Below, piece by piece: positions 1 to 13,311 of a DNA stretch of 64,000 nt. Where the stretch lies: NCBI GenBank assembly GCA_964199315.1, contig OZ116708.1, positions 2,542,001 through 2,606,000 on the forward strand, written 5' to 3'. Both the position numbers and the translations under genes were made by a program. This DNA is from Orbicella franksi. Lineage: Eukaryota. The notes below the pieces were generated by a model. That model searched no databases, was not told the DNA's origin, and saw only the letters and a list, made by a program, of their open reading frames with translations. Each line of letters begins with the position of its first letter. Positions within the stretch are counted from its first letter, which is position 1.

Positions 1-98
1 ACATGTATACTTGAATTGTGTTAAAAGGTTGTCTATGCCTAGAACAATGAATCAAAGAGTATTATTCGTCAGTGGAGGAATCAACTGTGACCACATAC

Positions 99-2970
99 CT
101 TAGAACTCTTGTTAACTCAGGACAACTCTGTGGAGGTAAAGCAAAAGCCAGTTGACATTTATGACTTTGTAACTGAGCCCTAACCACAACGCATTACTGT
201 CACATCTCAAGAAGTGTCTCAAAAATATGTACAGTGTGTAGAGTTCTCTCCATAAAGGACAACAAGAGCTTTGGAGCTACTTCAAAATTATCAAGCTACT
301 ACTATAAATAATTTGAGCATGTAAAATTTCAGAAGCCTAAAAACATCAGATAAAATTAAAATCATCCCCAGTTTTTTGCAAGTAAATGACGATCTAAATT
401 TGTAACCTACCTCAGGATCACCTGTATGAGCGACTTTCACTTCAGAAACTGTTCCATCAGTGTCCATACGAACCTACAAAGATTGACCTCAGTTGAAGAC
501 AAAGATCAACTTTTGTTCAACAAGTTCACTATGACAAAAGACTGCCCACTTCGAGGTTTGTTCCCGTCAAAATGGTCAAGAATATTAGGAAAAAGGACCA
601 GGGCATGAATTCCAACTCCCCCAGACAACAACTAAGAGATACAAAAACCTGTTCATGAACAGATGCGTTTTTAAACTTGTGCAGATTTTAAATTGTATTC
701 ACCTTATTATTTCACCATATACATTAATTTGGAGATTTTAAATTACGTAGATCTTAAATTTTATTCATCTTGCTTTCATTCAGGATTTGATTTCTAGACT
801 CACATCTGCTGTCTGATAATTTTGAATAAGAAATAAAGACTTCATTCATTCATTTATAAAATATCACCAAAGGTAGAATTCCAGAAATCATATCAAGGCT
901 GAGCTAAAGTTTTATATTACCTACATAAAATCTGAATCAACATGCCATTGAAAATAATTTAAGTAACACTCCCAACATAAAAATAAATGCTGTGTATCTT
1001 CAGGACTCACTTCTAATATCTTATGTTAAAACTGTAATGGAGAGACAAGCCTAGAATATTGATATTAATCACTCTTAAAGGACATCAAAGAATTATTAAT
1101 TTTCACACACTATATCTGCAGTACCTCAACATAAAACATGTCTGAATTAATAAAGCAATCTCGTCCACTTTCAATGAACTTCAACCTGTCAAATATGACA
1201 GACAGTGAGATTAGTATCAACAAATTATTACAAATAGCAATTTAGTTTTGGTTGATACGATGGAATATTCTTACCCAACTTTTCTTGTAATAGCTTCAAG
1301 TCTCTGTGCAACAACTTTTGTTGACTTCTCTCTCATCGCACTCCGTAGTTTATCCAAACATTCTGAGATATAATTTTTCACAGGGGCAAGATTTTCAATC
1401 TGCTGCTGCCTTTCCTACATAAAATACAAGAGCATTAAGTTTCCAATGGTTTAAACGGTTAGCACCTAATAAATAAATGTCACTGCTGCATAGCAAGTAA
1501 ACATATCCAGAATCTTATTTCCTCTAGTTGAAACCTCTCTACCATGGCCTTCTGTCTACACCAGGGCTGTCGTAAAATGGTTCAACTGTGCATCACACTG
1601 CATTGAGAATTCGGGGCTGTCATTAGTTTTGAATCATCTGTAGTCCAAGGTGGGGTTGTTCAAAGGATGATTAAGCTAACCCAGGCTTAACGAGAATTTT
1701 GTTTCAGTTTTGCAACTTTTTGGTGAGGTTTTTTGTTTATATTGTTTGTCCTTCTGTTTAGAGTTTGAATAACTGCAAACTACACAAAACATAAACAGTG
1801 AAAATATTTTTATACAAGAGAAATTAATATTTTGGTTTACTTTTAATCCTGGGTTACCGCTAACCGGCTTTCAAACAACCCAGCCCAGTTCTCCACACCC
1901 ATAACAAACATGTTACTTTGCGGGTGAATTCTGTGAATTCCACTCTTAGTACCAAGGCAAAATCAAGCATACTCAACTGTACCAGATGTTATAGGTTACA
2001 GCCCTTAATGTCAACCCTGGATTGTGATCCTAAATCTTACCAGAGAAGCTTTGATGGCTTTAGCAGGGTCAGGCCAGGTTGCACAGCTTTCACACTTTGA
2101 CCTGATACTGTTCAATAAGTCAGTAAACTTGCTGTGTTCCAAGTAGAAGTTCAACGACCCAAAGGCATGAACTGCAAAGTGAAAACCATTTTTAAAAAGC
2201 AGGCTACTACAATAATAATTATTATTATAGCATACTTAAAAGTGACTGACACAGATTTGTATATACTATGCCAGCTGAAGTGCATTCTAAGACAAGCCAA
2301 GTACATGCATCTATACCAACTCTACTGAATTATCAGGGAGTCTCCAGACAGAATCTCTCTGTCTCCCGTATGGGTCACCAAATCTCCCAGACAATATGAA
2401 TGAAAGTGCTTAAAATACATTTTTTTCAGACATATTTTACATGATTTTTGGCATTTTTGGGCAAACGTTTGGATATTTGATGCATTTTTGCACTTTATTT
2501 GGTGGAGCTCTACTTTGAACAATTTTGTTCATGGTCAAAAACAGTAAAATTGGTGATCTCCCAGATTTGCTTTTTTGGGTTGGATTCTCTGGATATGCTT
2601 TTGTTTTTGTAAAAAAGCAAATATACAAGTGACCTGCAGGAAATTTACTCTGGTAAACCAGCTTATTTGCAAATTAAAAGCGTTCTGTGATCAACACATT
2701 ACATGTAATTTCCCCTTAAAAAACTTCAGAGTGCCAAGGAGAGAGTAGATGAGAACAAAGGAGGATTTGTCAACAAATCGCGGAACTCTCCAAAAACGAG
2801 CAGGTCAAAATTAATCAAAAATACTGAAACAGCCGTTCAATGGGATACTTACTCTTTGTGCCATCAAATTCCTTCCCTTTCAGTCCCAATTCTTCTTCGT
2901 AACTGTTGACAAGTTCCTTTAGTTTGAGACAACACGATCCACAGGTTCTTGCTTCCACTGCAGCCGCCAT
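99..2970 (-). CDS. MED1: Mediator subunit 1, 5' part (6 exons; gene continues past the left edge)
   Basis: Phase-consistent GT-AG exons 2970-2853, 2171-2041, 1414-1275, 1185-1125, 473-411, 127-99. Spliced: MAAAVEARTC...LLNSIRSKCESCATWPDPAKAIKASL-ERQQQ...ISECLDKLRSAM...QRLEAITRKVG-LKFIESGRDCFINSDMFYVE-VRMDTDGTVSEVKVAHTGDPE-SCPELTRVLR. This is colinear with the human MED1 N-terminus as recalled (RLESIARQNG...CYITSDMFYVEVQLD...VKVAHHGENPVSCPEL). Confidence 0.93.
1650..1886. mobile_element. MITE in MED1 intron 2
   Basis: Imperfect terminal inverted repeats ggtggggttgttcaaagg ... ctttcaaacaacccagccc; no ORF. Confidence 0.55.
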
Positions 2971-3576
2971 TTTGTTTCCGTGAATGTAATTGTCATGCGC
3001 GCGCCGCTGCTCAAAAGTGGATTAAGATCTGAACGCTTGATTGCTTTGAAAGCTCTTGGACGCTTATGTCTCAAGCGAGCAATCAGTTTTATTTCAGAAC
3101 CCCACACCCATTCATTTCGGCTTTTCGCTTAGCCTTGGAGCATGAACGCATGGTCCCTATAGCGAGTCATTCCTATTTGAGTCGAGGATGCCAAAGGTCC
3201 GGAAAATAACAAATTGAGCAAATTGCGCGCAGCATTTTTAGCAGTGTTCTGCGGGCTAGAGACCTGGGAATAGATAACCATTTTTTAAAAGGCAGGAAAT
3301 CAGTTGTATCGCAGTTATATTACGCAGTTGGGAACAAATTCTCTTTGCAATGTTGTAGAAGTCTGCAAAATTGCCCGCAACATTGCGCATGACAGTTTTA
3401 GAGATGGACAATCAGGGCTGCAATTTAGAAATTGTACGCTTTGTTGCAGTGTGTGTCCAGAACTTAGACTGTCATTAAAACGTCAATCCTCATAAACTAA
3501 AAACATGTGCATAGTGTCTCTCAGGCTAATGACATCCTCATTTATTCCACGGCATTAGTACAATATTTGCAATTAT

Positions 3577-3897
3577 CCCAGGGAGGTACTTCCAGAAAAA
3601 TTGATTGCGATTTTCCCTACCCTATTTATGACCTGAACAAAAATTTGATACCCTATTTAAGACCTGCCTTATAATTAGTTCCCTAGTTCACAGAAATGTT
3701 AAAGACAATGATTATACAACACTGTATGCTTTTATTAGGTACAATTCGAGACTAAAGTGCAAAAACCATATCGTGTCTGAGACCAGACTGGCCAAAATCC
3801 ATACCCTATTTCTGACCAAAAACGGCTAAAAACTATACCCTTTAGGACTGCATATACCTATATAACCCATATAAGGGAGTAGCCCCCTCCCCCTAGG
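3577..3897. mobile_element. Non-autonomous DNA element (GGGAGTAC-type termini, internal ccctattt repeats)
   Basis: Ends cccagggaggtact ... gggagtagccccctcc; repeated ACCCTATTT motifs; family recognised from coral genomes. Confidence 0.55.
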
Positions 3898-3959
3898 CGG
3901 CCGGGCTCGAAAGTAACTGTGAGAGCGAGTATTTCTTCCCGTAGCTCGGATTCTCAGTT

Positions 3960-4079
3960 CTCTTCTGGTTGGAGAGAGGCATTGCACAAGTGAAGTCGTG
4001 TCTTGTCTTAAAACCAATCGCAATGTCCCCGACCATGGCTAGAACCTGGACCGCTCGATCCTGAGGCAAGCGCACCAAC
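3960..4079 (-). mobile_element. tRNA-derived SINE, 5' fragment
   Basis: Minus strand gttggtgcgcttgcctcaggatcgagcggtccaggttctagccatggtcggggacattg has pol III A/B-box-like sequences and matches the copies at 46.7 kb and 61.1 kb. Confidence 0.7.
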
Positions 4080-5224
4080 GACGTTATTCAAATAAAAACT
4101 TTTTAACGGTACTTTCATGAGATGCCATTGTTTGTCTATCGCAATCTATTTTTTGCTATTATTGTTTGATACAGTTTTGGAGCACAATATTAAAATACGG
4201 ACAAAAAATGCAAGATGACTGAATAATTCACAGCAAACTGCATAAGCGCCAGTAGAAAGCGAGATATTTGCCACGAGCTTAGTACATGATATGCATGTTT
4301 ACTGAGCCGAAGAACCATGTAAGTAAACATATTTGGTGCCTTGCTTATACAGGGATATTGTTGAACAATCTATAGAAAACTATACCGTGACAGCAGAACG
4401 ATAAAAACAAATTCTTTACCTCCAAGAAAAAGAAATTCACAGACACAAGAAAAAACAAAACAGTTCGAAGTGTCTAGTCGTCTATTCGAGAACAAAAAAT
4501 AGAAAAAGCGCGAAGTAATTATGAGATTAGTTACGTCACAATTTTGAATTACATGGTCTTTTTTTATGACAATTAGGTCGCACTTGCGTAAAAACGGTAA
4601 TCCTTCGGTAAACACGAAAAGCCAGGGAGTGATTTTTGCAGCTAATTAACAACTGATTGCCGTGTAAAATGTTTCTTATGTTAAATATGTACAAGGTGAG
4701 AACAATCTTATTTTTTCGCGAATAAAAAAAAGCAATGAAGCCACGCAACTGATCACAAATGTAATAAAAGTAACAAGTTTATTACCTTTTTTTCTGATCC
4801 TCAACCTAAAACTGTTTAGGTTTTAGGGATCTCAGTTAAATGAAGGTTTCCGCCGATACATATTTTCATAGACATGAAAGCGACAAGCTTTCAGAGAATT
4901 CTTTCTTTGGTATTTTGTAGCCGGGGCACTAATGTTTATTTAACACTAACGTGCAATGTTTAAGAATGTGGATTTCTTTCCGGCGCTAGACAAAAGGTTA
5001 CAGACACATTTTTTTCAAGGGGAAAAAAAAAGAACAACTGATAGTACTGTATAACATAAATAAAGCTGTGAAATGCAAGCAAAGTTAAAGTTTGGAATAC
5101 TTGCGCGTTTACTTTAAGCTGAGTATTAACAAAGAGCTCGCTTTTTTTATTTTCCACTACGCTAAGCTTAACCGACCATGTGTGGTGATGAGTTAAGTTC
5201 CATGTCGCACAGATTTCTTCATCT

Positions 5225-6040
5225 CTAAGAGCTTTCCTTTTCATCTTCTGAGTTGGAAGCACTCCAGCTGTCTGATGACTCCATCAGGCGAGGGTTTTCA
5301 ATACTTTCAAGAAAAGAGTTAACTCTCTCTGCTAAGCTTATGTCCCCGGTGCTCAAGCTTCGCCTTCGCGAAGACAATCTGTTGAATGGCTGGAAAGAGT
5401 CCACATCTAACCGAGCTCTTCGGGTACAAACAGTTTTTTCGTAGCATTGCTCTTTTTCATAGTCGATAACCATCCCGTTAGATTCAAGTGGGCACTTCAA
5501 ATTGGAATTGAAATCTTCTACTGCGCTGTGAGATTGCGTTCTTGCACGAGCCGAGTCGTTACGCTCTCGGACCAATATTCTCCGTGTGCCCCGAGGGCTA
5601 TAAGGGGCAGCTGTTATTGTAGGAAAGTGAGTCATATTCTGCACGTCTTCTGCGCAGAGCAAGTGCAAATCCGGTACTGATTTGCTGAAGTCTATTTCTG
5701 TCGCCTGTAGTTTACTGTCATTTTCCAGGCTTGAAATTTTCGGAAGATGAACTCTTTCTTCGCACATTTTCGTGCTCACCGAAGATGTTCCGCTACCCTC
5801 GCTCGACGGTGTACGGCAAAGAACGGTTTTCCGCAAGTTCTGCACTCGCGACTTAACTCGGTTCTTTTCTGCTTTGTGCGACTTCTCGACGTTGTTCTTT
5901 AAAAGTTCGATGTCGCGATGCTGTTTCTCCAATTTCACATTTTCTCGTGCATTCATGGTGTCGGCGCGAAATTGTCGATCAAAACTTGCGCTCAGCGCAA
6001 CGGATTTTAGACGTCTTTGTTTCGCCAAATGTGCGCTCAT
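5225..6040 (-). CDS. Intronless uncharacterised protein (271 aa from MSAH; ORF open from 6109) with an N-terminal coiled-coil-like segment and a Ser-rich tail
   Basis: By far the longest stand-alone ORF in the window. Charged heptad-like stretch MNARENVKLEKQHRDIELLKNNVEKSHKAEKNRVK; RRRSLS motif near the C-terminus. No confident family assignment. Confidence 0.75.
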   Translation of the reverse strand: MSAHLAKQRRLKSVALSASFDRQFRADTMNARENVKLEKQHRDIELLKNNVEKSHKAEKNRVKSRVQNLRKTVLCRTPSSEGSGTSSVSTKMCEERVHLPKISSLENDSKLQATEIDFSKSVPDLHLLCAEDVQNMTHFPTITAAPYSPRGTRRILVRERNDSARARTQSHSAVEDFNSNLKCPLESNGMVIDYEKEQCYEKTVCTRRARLDVDSFQPFNRLSSRRRSLSTGDISLAERVNSFLESIENPRLMESSDSWSASNSEDEKESS

Positions 6041-7596
6041 GATCGTTGGCTCCAATCCGAGGAATAACTTGCTATTCTCAACCGACACACAGAGCTCTTG
6101 GTGTGTCACAAGTCAGTTGACTGTTTATTTTACTTTAATCCTTGTAATGGTTTTCTCGCATACAGCGCGCAACATGTGAGCTTTATGACGGCAGCGGGTC
6201 GCTTTTACATGGGTCAGTGATCTAACCAACTGTATAAAGGAATTATGTTGACCCAACCTGCGGCGTGGATTTGTTAATCAAACCTCGTTGTCAGCTCCTC
6301 ACGTACATAGATCACAAGTCTATGACAGAAGTGTTAAAGCGCTAATCTAAAGCAATCAACGCTGTTCTTACTGTAGGGTAGCCGCAGTTAGTTTTAATCT
6401 GTACAGAGTCAAAAACATCCGGTTAAACTATTAAACTCTTTGTGCGAAACTTTCAAAAGGTTTGTTCGGTTTAATTTTTCGTGTCTTTGTTTGTACTCAT
6501 AGCGTGTATTTTCGAGCTCATTTGAGCCAGTTCGATTTCATTGACCAGTAAACTACTTTCAAAGCCGGTTTGTAAACTAAACAAGGGCTTAATTAGCAGC
6601 TCTGATCGTGACCTCAAGTGCCGTCTTTATTTGTCATTAGAACGTAACGGATTCAATCACGTCCCGGTAATCATAGCAAATTTAAATTTTATCCCTCCAA
6701 TGACGTCAAGGTATTGTGTTTATGATGTCACAAGGTTATTTAGAGGGTTGGGAGATAGGGGGAGATGGAAGGGAGAGAAAAAGCGAACATAGGAAGGAAA
6801 GAAGGAGAAGCAAGAGCCCTATGGGTATGCCATGTGTCACCATTTAGAAAACCTCGAGCGGAAAGCATAAAAATATTCTTCACAGACATAAAATAAACTC
6901 AGCAGTAATTTACTGTTTTCGTTTTTAATTTGTATTTGAGTTTCCTTGTTTTGTCAGTAAATATAACATGTATAAAACAAACCCGGCAGATGAACTGTAG
7001 CTTAATCCTTTCACTCTCTGAAATTTGACTGTTACTTAAGTTGGGTATTTCTTTTCCGCAGTCCTCAAAGTCAGGTCTTGATTTAGTTTGACCGTCAGTC
7101 GAAGCGCACTCCCGAGTTTCAATTTGTTAAGTCGATTATCCGTCTGGAGAAGCAACTCTTTGTTAGTAGGAAGTAGGCCGTTTTGATAACCTTTAGACGC
7201 TTTAAAAGTCAAAACTGTGTAACGAATATAAAATTACATCTTACTTTTTTGATCAAACAACACAACGGCACCATTAATAGACCTTATAGCCGTGAATTCA
7301 TTATTTACTATTGACCAATCATAAAACAGGGCATGAGCTCCCTGAAAATGCGCATGACAGCGCTAGTTGAAACTGCAGTGGATTTTATAAACACCACTGG
7401 CCCAAAACTCAGTCTTTTTGGAAACAAAACGCAGTTCAGGATCACTGGCTTAGATAAAGCCTTAAAATAATCTGAGTGAACTTCGCCCAGACCTTCATTC
7501 AAGGTTCCACGAAGCTACATACCAACACACTGATGTAAACACTCCGCTGTAAAGTTCTTTGGCCGTTTATATCGCCAGAGTATATGTAGAACTCAC

Positions 7597-10500
7597 TCAC
7601 CAAAGTATTAATAAACCGAGTACGTGGAATACAGCAACGCAGCTTGATAACAAAATAGTTTTGATGGTCGATGAGCTCGACATCAAGTTAATTCCATTGA
7701 ATGCAAACGCATCGTTGAGGAGATTCTCGTTGCAGTAATCTTCCTTACAGCACTCGACCCTGCAGTTTTCTGGAGAAGAATTTTCCGAATCCTCCACGCT
7801 GTTCCCGCCGCATAAAACTTCTTCCAATTCTTCACAACCCCAAGACATAGCGCATTCTTTGATGTGGATTTTAGCCTTACCACGGACAACGACCACTTGT
7901 GAGAAACAAGAGTCAAAATGGTCACCAAAGTCAGGATGTACAGAGCAGTTCTTGATTTCTGAGTACGCTTCACAGCTACTTGACGAATTGGCTTCATTGG
8001 ACTCGGAGAAACCACAGGAGAAGCACATAATGGATTGAGCTATTAAAAGAAAGAAAAAAAAATATCGTGAAGTGTGTTGTATGTGGGGGAAGGTTATATG
8101 TCGCTCTTAAAGACTTGTTGCGAGTTCCTTCTTAGAGAGATGAACGCGCTACTTGTTAATTTGTTCACCTTGAATTTTTGAAGTTTGAAAGCTGTTTAAA
8201 GCCTTCTCTTTTCTTCACAAGTAGAATTTTTATTCTGCTGTCTCTGCCGAGCTACTGGGAGGCACGAAATTGTGAAAAGTGTGCGACTCAGTCTGGTACC
8301 AAGACACTCCTTCCCAGCAATCACATTGTCGTGAAACTTCATGACGTCACCGACGCCAGAATTTAACCTCTCCCACCTCGTGCCTAAGCTTCCCTCTTTG
8401 GTTGGAAAGCTCAAACGAAACCGACGGGGCCAGGAGTATAGGTCATACACCTTCCAAGTTTCTTCTTGCTAAATTTACAGTTGACCATTTTACAGTTGTC
8501 TGCTCAGTTACCAGGCCTATAAATGAAAGCGAGGCTGGAGGTGACCTTGCTTGATACAGACCTCTCTGCTTTTGTCATTAAAATGCAAACTAGTTTGCAT
8601 TAGAACAACTTAATTTTCACAACAAAAGCAGTGAGGTCTGTATCAAAACAAGGTCACCTAAAGCCTCACTGTCATTCAAAGACCAGGTCACTGAGCAGGC
8701 AACTGTTATTTAAATAGTCTCGAGGGTCTGCGGACGAAGTAGACCTTACTTTTCCATTGTATGAACGAAAACTAAAAAACCTCCCTTTTAGCTGGCGTGC
8801 TGCTTGAATATTTCACCAAAATTTGATCCGCAAGGAAAAATTTCTACTAAGTCGCTCTTTTTCTGCATTAAACACCACACCGGTCGTAAAATCTCACTTG
8901 AGTTTAACCTGCGTAGGTGTTAATTCTTCAAACAGTAGCATATAGCATGGAAGCCAGACGACACAAAATTCGCACCGTGCTTAACACGATATGTCTTGAG
9001 AGAGGGGTGGTTAACTCGGTGAATATACCATAGCCTTTAAGTCTCTAAACTGAATCAGTAGCATGTTTTATCTGCGCATAGAATTTGTTCCCCAAATGTG
9101 ACATTCTGTAGAGTGGTGAGGAAATGAAGAGATGGGGATTATAAACACGCCATAAGCTGACATTCCAGCAAAAAGGATTTTACGGTGGATCTTTTTTAAT
9201 CTTTTAAAAGCTATTCACAGGGCGAGGCATTTCATTTCAATTTTAATCTCCCCCATCTTTTAATCCGCAGAGGTAAACAGCGAACGAGAAAGATGGAATT
9301 TAAAATGGATTTCACCGTTTTAATACAGTCAGCAAACAGGACAGGAAAGGCAGGCCAAAGTTGAACGGTTTTGTGAGCTGATCGTTATGTTCTGCGTGAA
9401 CGAGAAAAGAAAACGTGGGCGAAACTTTCATATGGAGAATTCTGCAGCCTTTGTCACTCCCGTTTCTATCGAAAAATATCGTTATGTTGTAACCAAATGC
9501 TCTTTACGCACGGTTTTTTTTTTAAAGAATTTTCAGTAATTTCCTTAGGAATTTTTGTCCTGTTCTCCAATCGCTGTCACGTCGTTGATCGATTGACGGT
9601 CCATGATTACGTAAAGAGAGCAATCTTCAAAGCAAGGTTTTTAAGAGCTACAGAAGTTTCTTAGTTCTCTTCTCTAACGCTAGCTTTCATTGTAGGGTTT
9701 TGGAAAATTCGAGTGACGCGCGCGAGAATTCAGACAACAGACATTGCAAAATTCACATAACGTGACCTTGAATGCATTCATGTAATCATTGAAATAATAA
9801 TGATAGTGGTCGACATACGTCCCGGATATCGACAAGTTAATTAAGGCACTGATCGTTACACAGCTTCCAGGCAAAATTACAAATCAATCGCGATTTCAAA
9901 CATGGCCCAGGAAATTTCCAAAAAATACCAAATAGTTGGTTAACTCTCTAAAAGGAGTCTTCGCGCTAGAAAACTTTGTTGGCGCGCGAATCTTTAGTTC
10001 TATTCTCTGAAACATTTCACCAGTGAAAGTGGAGTGTAGTTTGTGGAATGCGATAGAAATCAGCGAAAAAATACCTCAGCATAACAAAGCGTTGATTGCT
10101 TTTTATTCATAGCCTATCGTGAGGTCGATGTTTCAATCACAAGTAATATAATTCGGGTGTTGTACAAAGTCCTTCCGCTTGATTTTAGCACATTTTGTTA
10201 TGAAGATAATGATTTGACAGTTAGAAGCTTTCTCCGCGTTGTTCTGGTTTAATGAGGAAAACAATTGCAAATCATTGTAATGGTTTCAACAGTAAAACTT
10301 AAGAACTAGCCTAGTTCTAATCAGTTTTTAATGAGCTGTCTCGCAATACTATTTCAATTACAGGCTTGAGTATGCTCACTAACCAAAAGGGGTGCTTGAC
10401 TCGATTTTTCTAAATTATTGCTTATGACATGTGTAATTGGTTCAGTTAACAGCGCAGAGGTTATAATTTGATGACTTTTGTTAAAGAACTTTCGAATCGG

Positions 10501-11144
10501 GCAAAGAAAGACATTTATAACAGTCATATGACCGCGGTTGATGAACAAGATCGGACAAAACGTACCTGCAAGAATTCAGCTTGACAGTGCACCCAGATAA
10601 GGGAACTGATAATAGCAGCGCAACTCACGAATGAAATTTACACCAAAAGGTGTTTCTGCTCGCAAACGAACACATTTATCCAATTTAAAATGCCAAGCCA
10701 CCGTTTTAAGCCAAAATAAAATACGATTTTGTAAGAGGTCAAAGCTACAAACAGACGTGCGTTTAATACTCTCTTTAGCCATGACTTAGTGTCATTCCGA
10801 CATTTTGCGCGTTAAGGCGCCGCTAGGTACTAATGTCCTTTAGATTATGGGTCTCAAATATTCCAGACCACTGCTAACGTCTTCCCTGCGAAGGCGTCTC
10901 TAATGTACCGCCCAAAAGTAATTTCATTTAGTAACAAGGCCTGGAGATCACGGCGACAGAAAAAAGGCACTTGTTCGGTTACATCCTTGACTATAGACAG
11001 TCAGCAGTCATGCGCAGCTTTCGCGTCGTGTTCGCCTGTTTTTCCGAGCCTGCGTGCAAAAAACGCGCCATAGAATACAAACTTACCGAGTTTCACAGCC
11101 AGAAGCAGCCAAACCGCCGTGTAAAGTACACGTGTTGGTTTCAT
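7597..11144 (-). CDS. Ly6/uPAR (three-finger) protein with signal peptide and GPI-signal-like tail, 166 aa
   Basis: Exon 11144-11087 (MKPTRVLYTAVWLLLAVKL, donor gtaagt, phase 1) joins exon 8039-7597 (acceptor ttcttttaatag). The mature domain starts CFSC and ends CCKEDYCN, followed by a Ser-rich spacer and a hydrophobic C-terminus. Confidence 0.88.
8482..8706. mobile_element. Palindromic MITE in the Ly6 intron
   Basis: Long inverted arms: cagttgtctgctcagttacc...gtgaccttgcttgatacagacctc versus gaggtctgtatcaaaacaaggtcac...ggtcactgagcaggcaactg. Confidence 0.65.
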
Positions 11145-13230
11145 TTCCTTGAGCGTGAATTGTTGGTTCGTCTCTACCTAAATTGAATTAAAATGTAAAC
11201 CGTCAACAACCCGTTTTAAGTGACAGCTTGACAATAGCATCTTGTGACCCCGTTTCGTGGATGTTGAACACAAGTGAGGGAGATCGGATTTCCTGTTATA
11301 CACGCTTTCCTCCCCACCACCTCTCCTTCTAGTTTCCCCATCTCTCTCTTCCGCTGGGCCTAAGAGTTAAAAATTTCCACCGTCCATTACTGGAGCGCGT
11401 GAAGGAGCACTTTCATTCATAGCCCTCCTGTTTGGAACAGGAAAGCACCCATCTTGAATCACACCCCTAGCCCTTCTGCCTCCCCCCCCCCCTCCCCCCC
11501 GCTACCCATTATCCGATCGACTAAAGAGTTAAATTGTATTTAGTTGAGCAAAACTCCCGAGACAAAACCAGAGGATATACATAAATCAAACTCGATCAAT
11601 TTAGTGAGCCGAACATGAGTTAAGGAAGTGGAAAGTCGCCCATGCAATTCAAATGGAGTCTGTCTGCCGGCCAGGCGTCAGATCCAATATTTTGGCTTCC
11701 GACCCTTCCGTCGCTAGTAATGTAATAGCTCTGTTGAAAGAAGTTTTTTTTTCAACGCACCAAACACCAATTAAAGACTGTGACGATATGTGAAATTTCC
11801 AATCATTTGTGAAGCAATTTCATTTGTGGTTGTTTTTCTTCGAGAATAGCACCTTTCTTCACCAGTTTTTTCAACAAGCTGGTGAAAGTCTCGTGGTCAC
11901 GTTGCCATTTCACACCATGGAATCATGACGTATCACTTTCTCTTTTCAAGGTTGGAATTGCCACAAGTTAGCCGCTGATGAAACTGAGATAAAAGTTGTC
12001 ATTATGAGCTCAATCAGCTGAGACGTTTGGCGCTTGTCCGGATTTCTCACTGAGATAGTATATTTTATCTTTTGCCATGAAACAAATTGAGATATTTAAC
12101 CCTTCAAAACAAGAACTTCGGCCAACTTAACCGGATCTTTCTCACCCAGGAATGAGAAAAAAAGAAAATCGTACACGCAGAAATGGTAGTTCAATTCGGT
12201 GCACGATGCTTTACTGAGATCTAACGTCAATACCAAAACATGGCTGTAGACCAGTTAAATGATAAACACGTCCTAAATTTTGCGATGACAATGACAAATG
12301 GCCACGTCAAGTATTCGGGTCCCATTACTCTTTCAGTGACTTGTTGGATCGTGTGTTATTTTCATAAGTACGCGATGCGTACCTGTTTGGCGTTGGATGT
12401 TTGGCGTTGTTGTCAGCGTGGCGACCCAGCAGATTAATGGCAATTTTCAGTTGATTTATCATCGTCTTTCAGCTTGCCATAACTAATATGTGCTTCATGT
12501 TTCCGAGTCCAATTATAACATAAAACAGTGTCAAACCGACCATACTTAGAGCTGATTAGCTGGCGACCCATTAACCATCAACAGTTTTCCATATGGCCTA
12601 AAAGTTTAGCGGAAGTTTTTTTAGGAATGCATTTTGCGGGATCCATTTTTGCGGCTTGCCGAAGCCAGACTATTATTTTGTGGATGATGCCAAATTTCAA
12701 AATTCCCAGCGAATAGTGAAAAGACATTTGAGACTAAATGGATGAGAGAAAACACAATTTACCACGGAAAATAGAAAACAAAACAGTGTCACACAACTTA
12801 CTTAATTTAGGGCCTCGATCCCGAAAATCAGGAACCTTCAAATGACCTCCTTCACATGATCTGCCTACTATTTTTTTAGGTAAATGTTTTTTTCGTATAT
12901 TGTTCTCAAATGTACTCAAAGGGTCTTCCCGCTTCACCTCACAGGTTTGTGGCCTGAGTTGCGCGTGTGATCTCGTGTGTAGCATATGAATATAAAAGCC
13001 TTTTCATTGGACACTTGGCCAGTCACATACATTGATCAGACTGGAACATAATGTTTTCACCTGCACAAACTACAATAGCATGTCCGGCCGAAATTTTGGG
13101 GTTACTTGTAAAATTCTAGCAGAAAATTAACCACAACTAAGAGTAATCTTTGAGAAAAATACTGAAGAGTTTCAGTCAGTCTGCAAAAAGAGTTAATGTC
13201 TTCAAATTGGCTCAGCCATCCCGTCTTTTA

Positions 13231-13311
13231 CCTGGTTTCCGTAGTGAAGCAATTAGAAGTATTTCTACTCCCCTTGGATCGGAAGCTAATCCATTGCACA
13301 GTACACCCAGT
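13231..13311 (-). mobile_element. SINE 3'/core fragment
   Basis: ctggtttccgtagtgaagcaattagaagtatttctactcccc matches the copy at 60.9 kb. Confidence 0.55.

Noticed and set aside
5253-6179. Plus-strand ORFs 5253-5444, 5447-5680 and 5772-6179
   Set aside because: Antisense shadows of the long minus-strand ORF.
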